From Bacteriovoracaceae bacterium (GTDB taxonomy: Bacteria > Bdellovibrionota > Bacteriovoracia > Bacteriovoracales > Bacteriovoracaceae), in contig JBFGZE010000015.1 of assembly GCA_041586955.1 (NCBI GenBank), forward strand, positions 1 to 50,279: 50,279 nt of DNA. Reading direction: 5' to 3'. The notes beneath the pieces were generated by a model. It was not told the DNA's origin. It ran no database searches and was given only the letters and a program-made list of their open reading frames with translations. The position numbers were made by a program, and so were the translations under genes. How positions within the stretch are numbered: the first letter of the stretch is position 1; each line of letters opens with the position of its first letter. Below are positions 21,160 to 31,729 of this stretch, piece by piece.

Positions 21160-21627
21160 ATGAATAATGAAGCGGAAACTATTCATTTTATTTATTATTT
21201 AAAGTTGGGAGATAAACTTACCCCTGACTTTATTAAATTATCTGAAGTCTTAAAAAAATATGAAATTCAACTCATTCCCATTGAAAGAAGAGATCTTTTA
21301 AAATTATCCCATCGTAAAGAATTATGGATTGTCAGCGTAAATCGCAGTATCGCAACTCATAAAAATCTATCCTTATATTTTAATCGGATCCTCAATTTTT
21401 CAATCATGAGTGGTAAGGTAAATTTCATCGAATTGAGCTCGTTTTCCCCTTTATTGAAAACCAACGGGGTCAAGCGGATTGATAATTATCATCATATTTC
21501 TCTTCCTGTAAGTGTCAAAGAATTTGCCTTAAAATTGGCCCAATTATATTTTAATAAACAGATAAATAATAAGTCTTGGCCGGGAAGAAGAGCACCGCGA
21601 ATGTCCCCCCTTATTTCTGGCACTTGA
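21160..21627 (+). CDS. Hypothetical protein
   Basis: 155-aa ORF, co-oriented with neighbours, no recognised motif. Confidence 0.65.
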   Translation: MNNEAETIHFIYYLKLGDKLTPDFIKLSEVLKKYEIQLIPIERRDLLKLSHRKELWIVSVNRSIATHKNLSLYFNRILNFSIMSGKVNFIELSSFSPLLKTNGVKRIDNYHHISLPVSVKEFALKLAQLYFNKQINNKSWPGRRAPRMSPLISGT

Positions 21628-21637
21628 TAGGTTATTA

Positions 21638-22063
21638 ATGATGAAAAATGAATCTCTTCTCGTTTTATTGCGGTTAGATGCTCAGCGCCTATATGAGCGA
21701 ATTAAGTATCGGCAAACGGAATACATGACACTCTTTTCGTTAAAGCGCACCCGCGGCCATTTTAAATATATTTTTAAAAACCGTTATGAGGATATTCCGA
21801 TCGATTCTTTGAGAATATTGGACTCCGACCTATTGGAAGCACTTGACTATTTTTATCACCAAGTTGATGAAATGAGATGGTATCTCTACTTTACTGAAGA
21901 TATGCCTGGCAAGGTTTCGGACTTTATTGACCATTATGTGACTGAATTAGATTCAGCATTCGAACAACTCCAGAATGCTTTTGGGAATTCGATAGATGAT
22001 AAAAATCGTCAGAACTTAGGTCTGTTTGAGGAATACGGCCTGGATGATTTAAAACAAGAGTAG
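21638..22063 (+). CDS. Hypothetical protein (helical, acidic)
   Basis: 141-aa ORF 10 bp downstream of the previous gene. Confidence 0.7.
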   Translation: MMKNESLLVLLRLDAQRLYERIKYRQTEYMTLFSLKRTRGHFKYIFKNRYEDIPIDSLRILDSDLLEALDYFYHQVDEMRWYLYFTEDMPGKVSDFIDHYVTELDSAFEQLQNAFGNSIDDKNRQNLGLFEEYGLDDLKQE

Positions 22064-22121
22064 ATTTTTTCCTCTCTCAAGTAATTTGCACCTAAAAGAC
22101 GTGATGCGGCATAATAAGAGT

Positions 22122-22802
22122 ATGAATCCTTATCATTATATCTTTTTAATATTTCTGATATTACCTGGCCTGGCCGCCGATGAGGGGGATCTTGGGTATT
22201 TCAGCGGTCGAGTTGATCATATTAGGCCAGAAGCAAGTCTCGTAAGGATTTATACCACCTTTGACAACCTTAAGTATGTGAATAAGAAGGACAAGGTTGA
22301 GTTTTGGGACGAGCGCAATACCAAAAGCAAGTGCAAGGGTTATGTTCTCGGTAAATCAAACGAATACCTCCTCTTAAAGGTTCCACAGTATAAATACTGT
22401 AAACGCTATGTGCTGCTGACTCCTGGTGCCTATCTCCATTTCTATGGGCCTGATTTGGTCAATAATATAAAGATGGGCCAGGAAGTACTTAAAATTTTAA
22501 TAAAAAAAAGAATGGCTGTGCAGTCGCGTCATTTACGCCGCAAAAAAGAATTAGATTCTCATATTGAAAAGGTTAATAGTATTAATATGCGCTTTAAAGT
22601 TCTAAGAGATAAGCTTGAATCCCAGTGGCGCAAGCAATTGGCCTTGGTTGAGGAAGATAGGGTGACGAGTTTACGCAACTTTAAGGAGTTGGAGCTGCGC
22701 ATTAGTGACATTGATAAAAAGATTGAACAGTACCGCATTGCTGACGAGAATATGGTGGAAGACCGCTGGGCCCTCGATCCTCGACTTTATTTTAAAAAAT
22801 AA
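22122..22802 (+). CDS. Secreted hypothetical protein with C-terminal coiled coil
   Basis: The ORF track starts at 22086, but ATG 22122 gives a signal peptide (MNPYHYIFLIFLILPGLA). Heptad-rich C-terminal half. Confidence 0.7.
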   Translation: MNPYHYIFLIFLILPGLAADEGDLGYFSGRVDHIRPEASLVRIYTTFDNLKYVNKKDKVEFWDERNTKSKCKGYVLGKSNEYLLLKVPQYKYCKRYVLLTPGAYLHFYGPDLVNNIKMGQEVLKILIKKRMAVQSRHLRRKKELDSHIEKVNSINMRFKVLRDKLESQWRKQLALVEEDRVTSLRNFKELELRISDIDKKIEQYRIADENMVEDRWALDPRLYFKK

Positions 22803-22908
22803 CGCAGTTTCATTTTGACACCATTAATCATTCCACTTGACTATCAATATACTTTTTCGTTTATTGGTAGCGAATAGTTCACCCTTTCTTTCTACAAAAG
22901 GAAATTAA

Positions 22909-24534
22909 ATGATGATGATCTTGACCCTTCTTGCGGCCTTAATTTTTTCCAATAGCACTTTTGCTAATTTAGGAAATGTTAATGCACCATTTGGTGGGAC
23001 CTTTAAATATAATTTAGGTCAACAACCAACAACTTTAAATCCTCTTTCTTCAACAGATGCCTACTCCTCAAACGTTCAGTCGTATATCCTTGAAGGCCTA
23101 CTAGAAAGGAATGTTGATACCTATGATTGGCAACCAGCACTTGCCACAAAATGGGAAATCTCTAAAGATGGCCTACAGTATACTTTTACGCTGCGTGAGG
23201 GCGTTAAATGGCACGACGGCAAACCTTTCACCGCTGAGGACATTAAATTTACTTTTGATGCAATCATGCACCCGAAAAATAAATATAAGACGGCCCATAG
23301 CAAACCATACTTCGAAAATATCAAAGAAGTAAAAATCTTGGCCCCAAATAAAATTCAATTTATCGCAAAGAAAGTTTATTTCGCCAACTTTGACACCGTT
23401 GCTTCCATGACTATTGTGCCAAAGCATCTCTATGAAAACCCAACTGAGAAGCAACAGAAAAAGCTCAATAAAACTCTGATTGGGACAGGAGCTTATCGCT
23501 TAGGACCTTATAAAAGAGGTAAAAGTTTAACTCTTGTTTCTAATAAAGAATGGTGGGGACGATTAGATAAAGACCGCAAAGGTGAGAAAAATTTTAGTAA
23601 AGTTCTGATGAGATTTGTAAAGGATGGAACTGTTGCCATTCAAAGAACTGAAAGGGGAGATCTCGATTTCCTTAGTCTCTCGTCTGAAGAATTTGAAAAG
23701 AAAACTTCTGGTAAGAAATGGGGGAAAGACGTTTTTAAATTAAAGATGCAAAATAAGGCGCCTCAGGGTTATGGCTTTATTGGCTGGAATATGACGAATA
23801 AAATGTTCCAATCTAAAAATGTTCGTATTGCTCTCTATCACCTCCTTAATAGAGATCTTATGATTAAGAAATTTCGTTATGGTTATTCTGATCCTGCGAC
23901 AGGCCCTTGGTATAGAAAAAGCATTTACGCTGACCCGAGTGTTAAACCTGTTAGCTATGATCCAAAGAAGGCCCTTGCTCTTCTCAGAGAAGAAGGCTGG
24001 AAGGATACTGATGGGGATCAGATCCTTGATAAGGTAGTTAATGGTGTTAAGACGAACTTCTCTTTCACTATTCTTGAACCTAATAAAGAATTTATGAAAT
24101 ACCTCACCCTCTATAAAGAGGACGCAAAGAAAGCTGGTATTGATATTAATATTAAATATGTAGAGTGGAACACTTTTATTAAGCTTCTTGATGAAAGAAA
24201 ATTTGAAGCTGTTCGTCTTGGCTGGAGTGGTGGGGCCGTCGATATTGACCCCAAGCAGATTTGGCATTCATCTTCGATTAAAGGTGGATCTAATTTTATT
24301 GGTTATAATAACCCTACAATTGATAAATTAATTGATGAAGCTAGAGTTACAATAGATAAAAATAAACGAATTAAAATTCTCAGAAAAGCTTACAAGATTA
24401 TTGCCGAGGATGTCCCTTATGCGTTCTTCTTTAATGATAAATATGGATTTTATGGCCATACTAAAAGAATGAAGCGGATTAAAGATACTTATGAGTACGG
24501 AGTTGGCTTAGATTATTGGTGGATTGAGAAATAA
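22909..24534 (+). CDS. Peptide ABC transporter substrate-binding protein (family 5, OppA/AppA-like)
   Basis: PTTLNP, PALATKWEISKDGLQYTFTLREGVKWHDGKPFTAEDIKFT, IGTGAY. Confidence 0.95.
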   Translation: MMMILTLLAALIFSNSTFANLGNVNAPFGGTFKYNLGQQPTTLNPLSSTDAYSSNVQSYILEGLLERNVDTYDWQPALATKWEISKDGLQYTFTLREGVKWHDGKPFTAEDIKFTFDAIMHPKNKYKTAHSKPYFENIKEVKILAPNKIQFIAKKVYFANFDTVASMTIVPKHLYENPTEKQQKKLNKTLIGTGAYRLGPYKRGKSLTLVSNKEWWGRLDKDRKGEKNFSKVLMRFVKDGTVAIQRTERGDLDFLSLSSEEFEKKTSGKKWGKDVFKLKMQNKAPQGYGFIGWNMTNKMFQSKNVRIALYHLLNRDLMIKKFRYGYSDPATGPWYRKSIYADPSVKPVSYDPKKALALLREEGWKDTDGDQILDKVVNGVKTNFSFTILEPNKEFMKYLTLYKEDAKKAGIDINIKYVEWNTFIKLLDERKFEAVRLGWSGGAVDIDPKQIWHSSSIKGGSNFIGYNNPTIDKLIDEARVTIDKNKRIKILRKAYKIIAEDVPYAFFFNDKYGFYGHTKRMKRIKDTYEYGVGLDYWWIEK

Positions 24535-24546
24535 GGGTCATAAATT

Positions 24547-25590
24547 TTGTTAAATTATATACTTAGACGTTTAGTAGCAATGATTCCCACCCTGTTGGGA
24601 ATCACTGTTTTGTGTTTTGTTGTCATTAATTTGGCACCGGGAAGCCCTGTTGAACAAAAGATTCAACAGCTTCGTTTTGGTGGACAAGGTGGAGCAGATG
24701 GCGGTGGTGCTTCAGTTGATGGAACAAATGGTAAAGATAGTGCGGTCTCACAAGAAGTGATAGATGCCCTGAAAAAGCAATATGGCTTTGATAAACCTTT
24801 GCATATTCGATATTGGATTTGGCTTAAAAATATTGCCACCCTCGATTTTGGCGAGAGTTTTACTTATGAAGAGCCTGTTTTGGATGTCATCATTAGTAAG
24901 TTTCCGGTCTCTCTACAGTTTGGCCTAACATCACTAATATTGTCTTATTTGATATGTATTCCACTGGGTGTATTAAAGGCCATTAAAAATGGTACGGCCT
25001 TTGATCTGTCATCTAGTTTTGTCATATCAGCGGCCTATTCTATTCCCAATTTCATGTTTGCCATTCTTTTGATTGTGTTCTTTGCCGGTGGTAACTTCTT
25101 TGAATGGTTTCCAGTCGGAGAGTTATATTCTGATACTTACGAAGAGTTAAGTCTTTGGGATCAAATTGTGGATCGAGTTCATCACTTTATACTACCTCTT
25201 GCTGCATATATGATTGGGCAATTTACTGTTTTGACAATCTTAATGAAGAACTCTCTTATTGAAGAAATTAAAAAGGATTATATCCGTACCGCCCGTGCTA
25301 AGGGTGTCCCTGAGAGAATGGTTTACTTAAAGCACGGATTGAGAAATGCTCTCATTCCTATTGCTACTGGTATTGGTCATTTCTTATCTTTATTTTTTGC
25401 AGGATCTCTTCTCATTGAAACGATTTTCAATCTTGATGGGATGGGACTTCTCGGTTACCAATCAGTTCTTGAAAGAGATTATAACGTCCTTATGGGCCTA
25501 ATCTTTATTCAAAGTTTCTTAATGTTGATTGGAAACCTTATCTCTGATTTAGTTTATGTGGCAGTTGACCCAAGGATTGATTTCTCATGA
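24547..25590 (+). CDS. Peptide ABC transporter permease (OppB/YejB-like)
   Basis: YILRRL, GFDKPLHIRY, DYIRTARAKG, VDPRI. Confidence 0.95.
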   Translation: MLNYILRRLVAMIPTLLGITVLCFVVINLAPGSPVEQKIQQLRFGGQGGADGGGASVDGTNGKDSAVSQEVIDALKKQYGFDKPLHIRYWIWLKNIATLDFGESFTYEEPVLDVIISKFPVSLQFGLTSLILSYLICIPLGVLKAIKNGTAFDLSSSFVISAAYSIPNFMFAILLIVFFAGGNFFEWFPVGELYSDTYEELSLWDQIVDRVHHFILPLAAYMIGQFTVLTILMKNSLIEEIKKDYIRTARAKGVPERMVYLKHGLRNALIPIATGIGHFLSLFFAGSLLIETIFNLDGMGLLGYQSVLERDYNVLMGLIFIQSFLMLIGNLISDLVYVAVDPRIDFS

Positions 25591-26606
25591 TCGAACGATT
25601 TTTAAAAAACGACCTTTCTAAAAAGCGCTGGAAAAAGTTCATATCCCGTAAGACGGCCTGGTATTCAACCATTATTTTGATCGGACTCGTCATCGTTACA
25701 TTTACGGCGCCATTAGTTTCTAATAGTAAGCCTCTTTACATGAATTATAAGGGCAAGTCCTATTTCCCAGTATTGGTTGATTACCACCCTAAGGAATACG
25801 GAATTTTAGATACACTGGTGGTTAACTACAAGGGATTTAAATTTTCTGAAACTGACACCGTTATATGGCCTATGTTCAGGTGGGATCCATTTGAAAGTAA
25901 TAAAAGTGTTGATCATTATCCTTCTGGACCGACAGCGGATAATATCTTGGGGACTGATGAGTCTGGCCGTGATGTTTTTGCTCGTATTCTATACGGTTTC
26001 AAATATAGTATTATTTTCGCGTTTCTGGTATGGGTCTTCAGTCTAGTCGCAGGTATTGTCATTGGCGGTATTCAGGGCTTTCTTGGGGGAAAAGTAGATT
26101 TGATTGGTCAAAGAATGGTCGAAATCTTTTCTTCGACCCCACAATTTTTCCTTTTATTAATCCTAATCTCTATTTTTACACCTAGTTTGTTGATGTTAGT
26201 TGTTATTTCAACTATTTTTGGTTGGATTGGGATCTCTCAATATATTAGAGCGGAATTCTTGAAAAATAGAAAAAGAGAATATGTTGAGGCCGCGAAATCT
26301 CTCGGAGCTTCTAATAGTCGTATTATTTTTAAACACCTTTTGCCTAACTCACTTGTTCCCGTTATTACTTTCGCACCTTTTGTCATTTCGGGTAATATTG
26401 TTAGTTTAGCGATGCTCGATTATTTAGGATTTGGCCTTCCTGTCCCCACTCCAAGTTGGGGGGAACTCTTGGCCCAAGCTCAAAAGCATTTTACCGTAGC
26501 TTGGTGGTTAGCTGTTTACCCATCGATTGCCCTCTTCCTAACATTGGTTTTAATGAACTTGATTGGCGAAGGCGTAAGGGACGCGATGGATCCCAATATG
26601 AACTAG
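25587..26606 (+). CDS. Peptide ABC transporter permease (OppC/YejE-like)
   Basis: LGTDESGRDVFARILYG, EYVEAAKSLGAS, PSWGELL, GEGVRDAMDP. Confidence 0.95.
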   Translation: MIERFLKNDLSKKRWKKFISRKTAWYSTIILIGLVIVTFTAPLVSNSKPLYMNYKGKSYFPVLVDYHPKEYGILDTLVVNYKGFKFSETDTVIWPMFRWDPFESNKSVDHYPSGPTADNILGTDESGRDVFARILYGFKYSIIFAFLVWVFSLVAGIVIGGIQGFLGGKVDLIGQRMVEIFSSTPQFFLLLILISIFTPSLLMLVVISTIFGWIGISQYIRAEFLKNRKREYVEAAKSLGASNSRIIFKHLLPNSLVPVITFAPFVISGNIVSLAMLDYLGFGLPVPTPSWGELLAQAQKHFTVAWWLAVYPSIALFLTLVLMNLIGEGVRDAMDPNMN

Positions 26607-26719
26607 GCCTTTCTAAGAGAAGCTCTCTGCATCATCGATATAAAGAGACACGAAATAATCTCAGTATTTCGAAGTGCTCGCTTAAGCTATGAAATAAAAA
26701 ACCTTGGATCAAGATCAAG

Positions 26720-28546
26720 CTAAAATTGCTTTTTACATCCTAGTAAAAACTGCCTTCCCTTAGTTCCAAAGCCTTTAACGTCTTCATATTTTTTATTCAA
26801 GAGATTATGAACTCGCGAAAATAGGCTAAAGTCTAAAGAGAGAGACTGGTTAAAAAATAAATGGTGTAAGGTATGGCCAGCTAGAGTTCCATTCGAGAAT
26901 TGCCGGCGACCTTTATAATATATTTCATGGCCAATATTAATGCGGTCATTAAGAGAGAAGCGAGAGACCAGCCCTGCAAGATACTTCGCGCGACCTAATA
27001 AATACGCGCCGCTTTCTTTTCTCGCGAGCGTGTAGGTGTAATTGCTGGAGAAACTTAAACGCTTATGGGGGGTTAGCTTGAGCTCGATTTCGTGACCGTA
27101 ACTTTGGCCACGCCCACCATTGAGATAGCTGGAGTGGTACTCAATAAGGTTCTTGAGTTGAATGAAGAAGAGGGAAACCTTAAGATGCCCAAATTGTTTG
27201 AATCCCTTGATCAACTCGAGATTATGACTATGACTTCTTTCAGGTAAGAGAGTGGGGTTGCCGATCTCTTGGCCTGTGACAAAGTCTTTGTCTGTGGAAT
27301 AGAGCTGATAGAGACTAGGAGAGCGATGGCCTGTCCCCCAATTATACTTCATTCGCAATTGCATTTTTTGTGAATATCCTCCTAATGAGGCCTGATAGGA
27401 GAGAAAATTTCCATAGGTTTGGTGTTTTTCAATACGACTGCCAATAGAGTAAAAGAAATTATTTTGATCTCCTAAAAGATTAATCGCTTGACCCCATTGC
27501 TCTAAAGACTTTTGAGGGAAGGTGTATTTCTCTTCGCCTTTTTCTTGTAAATAAAAGCTTTGTAGCCATAATTGATGATTCGCTGGGAGTTGAATTTCAT
27601 TTTTAAATTTAAGATGAATATTTTTTCCGGTGTAAAAAGATTGACTCGTTGTGGTTTTGATTTCTCTTTTATTAACGGCCGAGGAAAGAGAGAGTTTACT
27701 TTCCCAAAGCTCGTTAAGGCCCTTTTCCCATTCTAAAAGGTTATTGAAATGAGTATTTTTGCCTTCCGGAATAAGGGAATCACGGGGGCCCCAATCATCA
27801 AATTTAAATTGGTGAATTAGATAATGACTTTTCCAAAGAATAGCAGAAGAGGGACTCAGTTCTCGCCGAATAGAGATATCGGCGGCCTGAGTTTCATAAG
27901 AATCTTTCTCCACCGCTTCAAAGGACTCTGGCCTAGCGGCACTAACACCTTCTTCTCCGGTACGAGAATAATGGCCATTAATCTGAGTTTGACCGTCGTT
28001 ATAATTAAGCCCAAGGCCTTGTTGCCCATATTGGTAATTGCCGCCTATGAGAGAGAGTTGACCATTTATATGAGGCCTCTTATATTGTTTTTTTGTCTTT
28101 ATATGGATGACACCACCAATCGCTTGAGGCCCATAGAGGACAGATTGGGAACCTTTGATAATCTCGATGGTGTCAATATTATTGATGTTGAGTTGGGCAA
28201 GGTTTACTGAGCGGTCAATCGATAGCCCATCATTTAGTTCGACTCCATCGAGAAGAATAAGAGTTTGGCCAGCATCCATCCCCCGTAAATACAAAGAAGC
28301 GTTGCCTGAGCCTGCACCATTTTGAGAATATTGAAGGCCCGAGCGGCCACTTAGAATCTCGAGAGGATTTACGAGAAGTCGACCCTCAATTTCACTATGA
28401 TAAATAATTTCAGTTGGTTGGATGTCTTTGGCCAGGGGGGAGTGCCACTTTCTTCCGGTTACGATGAGTTTTTTGTCCGAGGTCTGCGCTAAAACTTGGG
28501 AAAGGGTAAAAATAGGTAAGGCGCATAGCGCAATAAGGGTTTTCAT
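26720..28546 (-). CDS. TonB-dependent receptor, BtuB-like (probable cobalamin)
   Basis: LIVTG TonB box, LYLRG...LILLDGV, IEIIKGSQSVLYGPQAIGGVI plug motifs, HNLLNKKY, C-terminal Phe. 608 aa, divergent from a BtuFCD-like operon. Confidence 0.85.
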   Translation of the reverse strand: MKTLIALCALPIFTLSQVLAQTSDKKLIVTGRKWHSPLAKDIQPTEIIYHSEIEGRLLVNPLEILSGRSGLQYSQNGAGSGNASLYLRGMDAGQTLILLDGVELNDGLSIDRSVNLAQLNINNIDTIEIIKGSQSVLYGPQAIGGVIHIKTKKQYKRPHINGQLSLIGGNYQYGQQGLGLNYNDGQTQINGHYSRTGEEGVSAARPESFEAVEKDSYETQAADISIRRELSPSSAILWKSHYLIHQFKFDDWGPRDSLIPEGKNTHFNNLLEWEKGLNELWESKLSLSSAVNKREIKTTTSQSFYTGKNIHLKFKNEIQLPANHQLWLQSFYLQEKGEEKYTFPQKSLEQWGQAINLLGDQNNFFYSIGSRIEKHQTYGNFLSYQASLGGYSQKMQLRMKYNWGTGHRSPSLYQLYSTDKDFVTGQEIGNPTLLPERSHSHNLELIKGFKQFGHLKVSLFFIQLKNLIEYHSSYLNGGRGQSYGHEIELKLTPHKRLSFSSNYTYTLARKESGAYLLGRAKYLAGLVSRFSLNDRINIGHEIYYKGRRQFSNGTLAGHTLHHLFFNQSLSLDFSLFSRVHNLLNKKYEDVKGFGTKGRQFLLGCKKQF

Positions 28547-28593
28547 TAGTGAAAAATGGTATAGGATGAGGGAATAGTCAAGCGAGAAGGAAG

Positions 28594-29721
28594 ATGGGTT
28601 TTAAGGTGAAAAGTTTTTTCATTATATTATTATTGTTTTCAAATATTTTATGGGCGCACGAGAAATGTTTGACCTCTCACTCCTTTAACAAATTGAATAT
28701 TGAATTCGCTGAGTTCTTTGAAATTTGGCAACGAAAAAAACAATTGATCCTTATTAATAAAATGCCCTGGGATGGGAAGAAGGCCATCTTTTATGGCAAG
28801 GGAATTAAAAAAATAAATTGCTCTTTTTCCCTTTCTCTATTATCTGAAGGCCCTCAAATTAATATTGCCTCCAACTCGACAACACATATCGCTTTTCTAA
28901 GCTTAATCAGGGCCATTAATCTCGTTAAAGGGTTTTCAGGTTCTCATTACGTCAGTAATCCATTTTTTATCGAGCGAGAACAAGTAGGCCCTATCGTTGA
29001 ATTAGGGATTCCACCAAAGGTGGAGCGCTTATTAAAAAATAAAATAAATTATTTTTTTTCCTTTTCAACATTAGGCCCTGACGCTGAGGGATTTTCTGAA
29101 TTTTCTAAAGTTGGAGTCGACCCCATTTATATAAGTGAATTCCGAGAAAAAGGCCCTCTTGCGAGAGCTGAATGGATTCGTTTTATAGGCCATATTATAG
29201 GTAAGGGAAAAGAGGCCGATCAAAAGTTTTTAGCAGTTAAAAATCGCTATTTATTTTTGAAAAGTCTGGTGACTCAAGAAATTAAGAATAAGCCTGCTGT
29301 TATGATAGGAAGTCCTTATATGGGACGATGGCATATCCCAGGCGCACAGAGCGACTTTGCCCATATTGTGAGGGCCGCTGGAGGTAAATATATTGGAAAC
29401 AATAAACAGAGCAATAAAACTCAGACCCTGCCATTTGAAAAAGTCGTCTCATTAATTAAAAAAACTGATATTTGGTTAACCCATAATAAATGGAAAAGCA
29501 TGAAGGACTTGAGGGAGGGGGAACCACGTCTTAAAAAAATAATTAATTTTAATAAAATTAAAATTTACAATAATAATCGTCTTATGACTTCAGATCAGGC
29601 CAATGATTTTTGGGAAAGCTCAGGCGTCAGGCCGGATCTCCTCTTGGCGGATATGATTCATATGATTCATCCCAAATTAAAAACAGGCAATCAATTACGA
29701 TGGTATCAGATAATAAAGTAA
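28594..29721 (+). CDS. ABC transporter substrate-binding protein (Fe/B12 class, BtuF-like)
   Basis: STTHIAFL, EFREKGPLARAEWIRF, DFWESSGVRPDLLLADMIHMIHP. Confidence 0.85.
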   Translation: MGFKVKSFFIILLLFSNILWAHEKCLTSHSFNKLNIEFAEFFEIWQRKKQLILINKMPWDGKKAIFYGKGIKKINCSFSLSLLSEGPQINIASNSTTHIAFLSLIRAINLVKGFSGSHYVSNPFFIEREQVGPIVELGIPPKVERLLKNKINYFFSFSTLGPDAEGFSEFSKVGVDPIYISEFREKGPLARAEWIRFIGHIIGKGKEADQKFLAVKNRYLFLKSLVTQEIKNKPAVMIGSPYMGRWHIPGAQSDFAHIVRAAGGKYIGNNKQSNKTQTLPFEKVVSLIKKTDIWLTHNKWKSMKDLREGEPRLKKIINFNKIKIYNNNRLMTSDQANDFWESSGVRPDLLLADMIHMIHPKLKTGNQLRWYQIIK

Positions 29722-30710
29722 AATTGATGATTGGCCTATTGCCTATTTTAATAATACTTCTTGTGGGCGTGGACCTGTCATTAGGAGAAATGACCCCCGC
29801 TGGTGGTTGGGCCCACATCTTTTCCGACTCAGATTTCATGGTTGTCTTTATTAATATTCGTTTGGCCCGTGTTATCTCTGCTTTTGCTGCGGGCATAGGC
29901 CTTGGAGTATGTGGCATTTTAATGCAATCATTTTTTCGTAATCCCCTCGCAGGGCCTTATGTCCTCGGTGTTCATACCGGTCCAATGGTAATGATGGCGC
30001 TTCTGCTACTAGGGGGCGATATTTTTGGTCAAAACTTTTTTGCTGAATCCTCTCGTATTGGTATTTCTTTTATATGCACCTTAGGCTCTTTTGCTATTTT
30101 GATGTTATTGTTGACCTTGGGACGAAAGTTTTCTTCCAAATCGAGCCTTCTCATTATTGGTCTGCTTCTGTCTCAAATGGTATCTGGCTTTATTAATATA
30201 CTTGTGGGTATGAGCAAGGCAGAAAATTTAAAAAGCCTAACCCTCTGGAATCTTGGGGGCTTTGAGCGCACCGTCTTTCGAGAGTCATTATTTTTATTAA
30301 TAGTTGTTTTATTTCTTAGTTTGCTAAGCTTTATACTTAGTAAGAGACTTAATATTTTACTCTTAGGTGAGAGGTATTCTGTTACTTTAGGAGTTAATCT
30401 TAAAAAGGTGAAATACTTAGTTATTGTGATTAGTGCCTGTTTTGTTGGTATTATTACAACTCTTTGTGGACCAATTAGTTTTATCGGTATTATTTCTCCC
30501 CATATATTTAGACGTTTAACTTTGTGTTCAAACCATTATTATTTAATTCCTGGCTCTGCTATGGTTGGCGCCTGTTTGGCCTTGAGTGCTGATATCATAG
30601 GACAAGCTTTAACAAGCTTTTATATACCATTAAATGGAATTTTGGGAGTCATCGGTGTTCCCCTTATTTTCTTTTATTTATTTGAAACCAGGGAGGCCAA
30701 ATGGCAATGA
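29700..30710 (+). CDS. FecCD/BtuC-family ABC permease
   Basis: IRLARV, MQSFFRNPLAGPYVLG, CGPISFIGIISPH. Start moved from 29610 to ATG 29700. Confidence 0.9.
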   Translation: MVSDNKVKLMIGLLPILIILLVGVDLSLGEMTPAGGWAHIFSDSDFMVVFINIRLARVISAFAAGIGLGVCGILMQSFFRNPLAGPYVLGVHTGPMVMMALLLLGGDIFGQNFFAESSRIGISFICTLGSFAILMLLLTLGRKFSSKSSLLIIGLLLSQMVSGFINILVGMSKAENLKSLTLWNLGGFERTVFRESLFLLIVVLFLSLLSFILSKRLNILLLGERYSVTLGVNLKKVKYLVIVISACFVGIITTLCGPISFIGIISPHIFRRLTLCSNHYYLIPGSAMVGACLALSADIIGQALTSFYIPLNGILGVIGVPLIFFYLFETREAKWQ

Positions 30711-31651
30711 TCTCTGGCGAGAATTTAGTTTTTGGCCATGATAAAGCACTTAACAATCCCATTTCATTTTCTCTTAAAGAAGGAGATTTTGTATGTCTTA
30801 TGGGGGATAATGGTGTTGGTAAATCAACTTTCATTGAAACCTTGGCCGGAATGATTGCTCCCCTTAGAGGGGCAGTTAAGTTAAATAATCACCTTTTAGG
30901 TAATATTGGCGCCCATGAGAAGGCCAAAAAGATTGCACTGGTATTAACTGAAAGGCCATCAATAGACTTTCTAAGGGTAAGTGATATTTTAAAAATGGGG
31001 AGGTCTCCCTATTTAGATTTCTTTTCTCGTTTAATGGATGAAGACCTCCATATTATTGAACAAAAATCTAAATTTGTTGGAATTGAACACTTAAAAAATA
31101 AATTTTTTAATGAATTAAGCGATGGCCAAAAGCAGAGAGTGATGATTGCTCGTGCTTTGATCCAAGATACTCCGATCCTTATCTTAGATGAGCCAACATC
31201 TTTTTTAGACTTTAAAGCAACAGCGGATATCTTAATTCTCTTAAAGAAAATTTCGGTAGAATTTAAAAAGACGGTCTTATTTTCATGCCATGATTGGAAT
31301 TTTGTATCTAAGATTTGCCCTCATATTTGGCTTTTAAATGATAAAAATTTAATTACCAGCTCTCCTGAAGACTTAGGTATGAGTGGTCTTTTTCCCAACT
31401 TATCACCAGCACTCGATTTTGATATGAGTTCATTTAATTATTGGCCGCGTGAAGGTCAATCAAGCTTTATTGAAGTGAACTTTTTTACGGAAAATGAAAA
31501 GGCCAATTTATGGTTTCAGCACTTTTGTCGCCGAAATAATATCAAAAGAGATCCAGCAGGAAAGAGATTATCTTATGTTGATGACTGTTGGTACCTAGAA
31601 AACGAATCATTTAAGGACCTTAGGTCTTTAGAAAAGGCCCTATTAAAGTAA
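30701..31651 (+). CDS. ABC transporter ATP-binding protein (BtuD/FepC-like)
   Basis: GDNGVGKST Walker A, LSDGQKQR signature, LILDEPT Walker B. Confidence 0.93.
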   Translation: MAMISGENLVFGHDKALNNPISFSLKEGDFVCLMGDNGVGKSTFIETLAGMIAPLRGAVKLNNHLLGNIGAHEKAKKIALVLTERPSIDFLRVSDILKMGRSPYLDFFSRLMDEDLHIIEQKSKFVGIEHLKNKFFNELSDGQKQRVMIARALIQDTPILILDEPTSFLDFKATADILILLKKISVEFKKTVLFSCHDWNFVSKICPHIWLLNDKNLITSSPEDLGMSGLFPNLSPALDFDMSSFNYWPREGQSSFIEVNFFTENEKANLWFQHFCRRNNIKRDPAGKRLSYVDDCWYLENESFKDLRSLEKALLK

Positions 31652-31729
31652 TCCACTATTCTTTTTTCTCATAATTAACCGTCATTATTCTTATTGGTTT
31701 TCCGATAAGATGAGTGGGAGTTTTGGTTA

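Noticed and set aside
23740..24267. 175-aa antisense ORF inside the peptide-binding protein gene (likewise other antisense or nested ORFs in polA, groEL, metH, galE)
   Set aside because: Shadow ORFs wholly overlapping well-supported genes, with no motifs or RBS.
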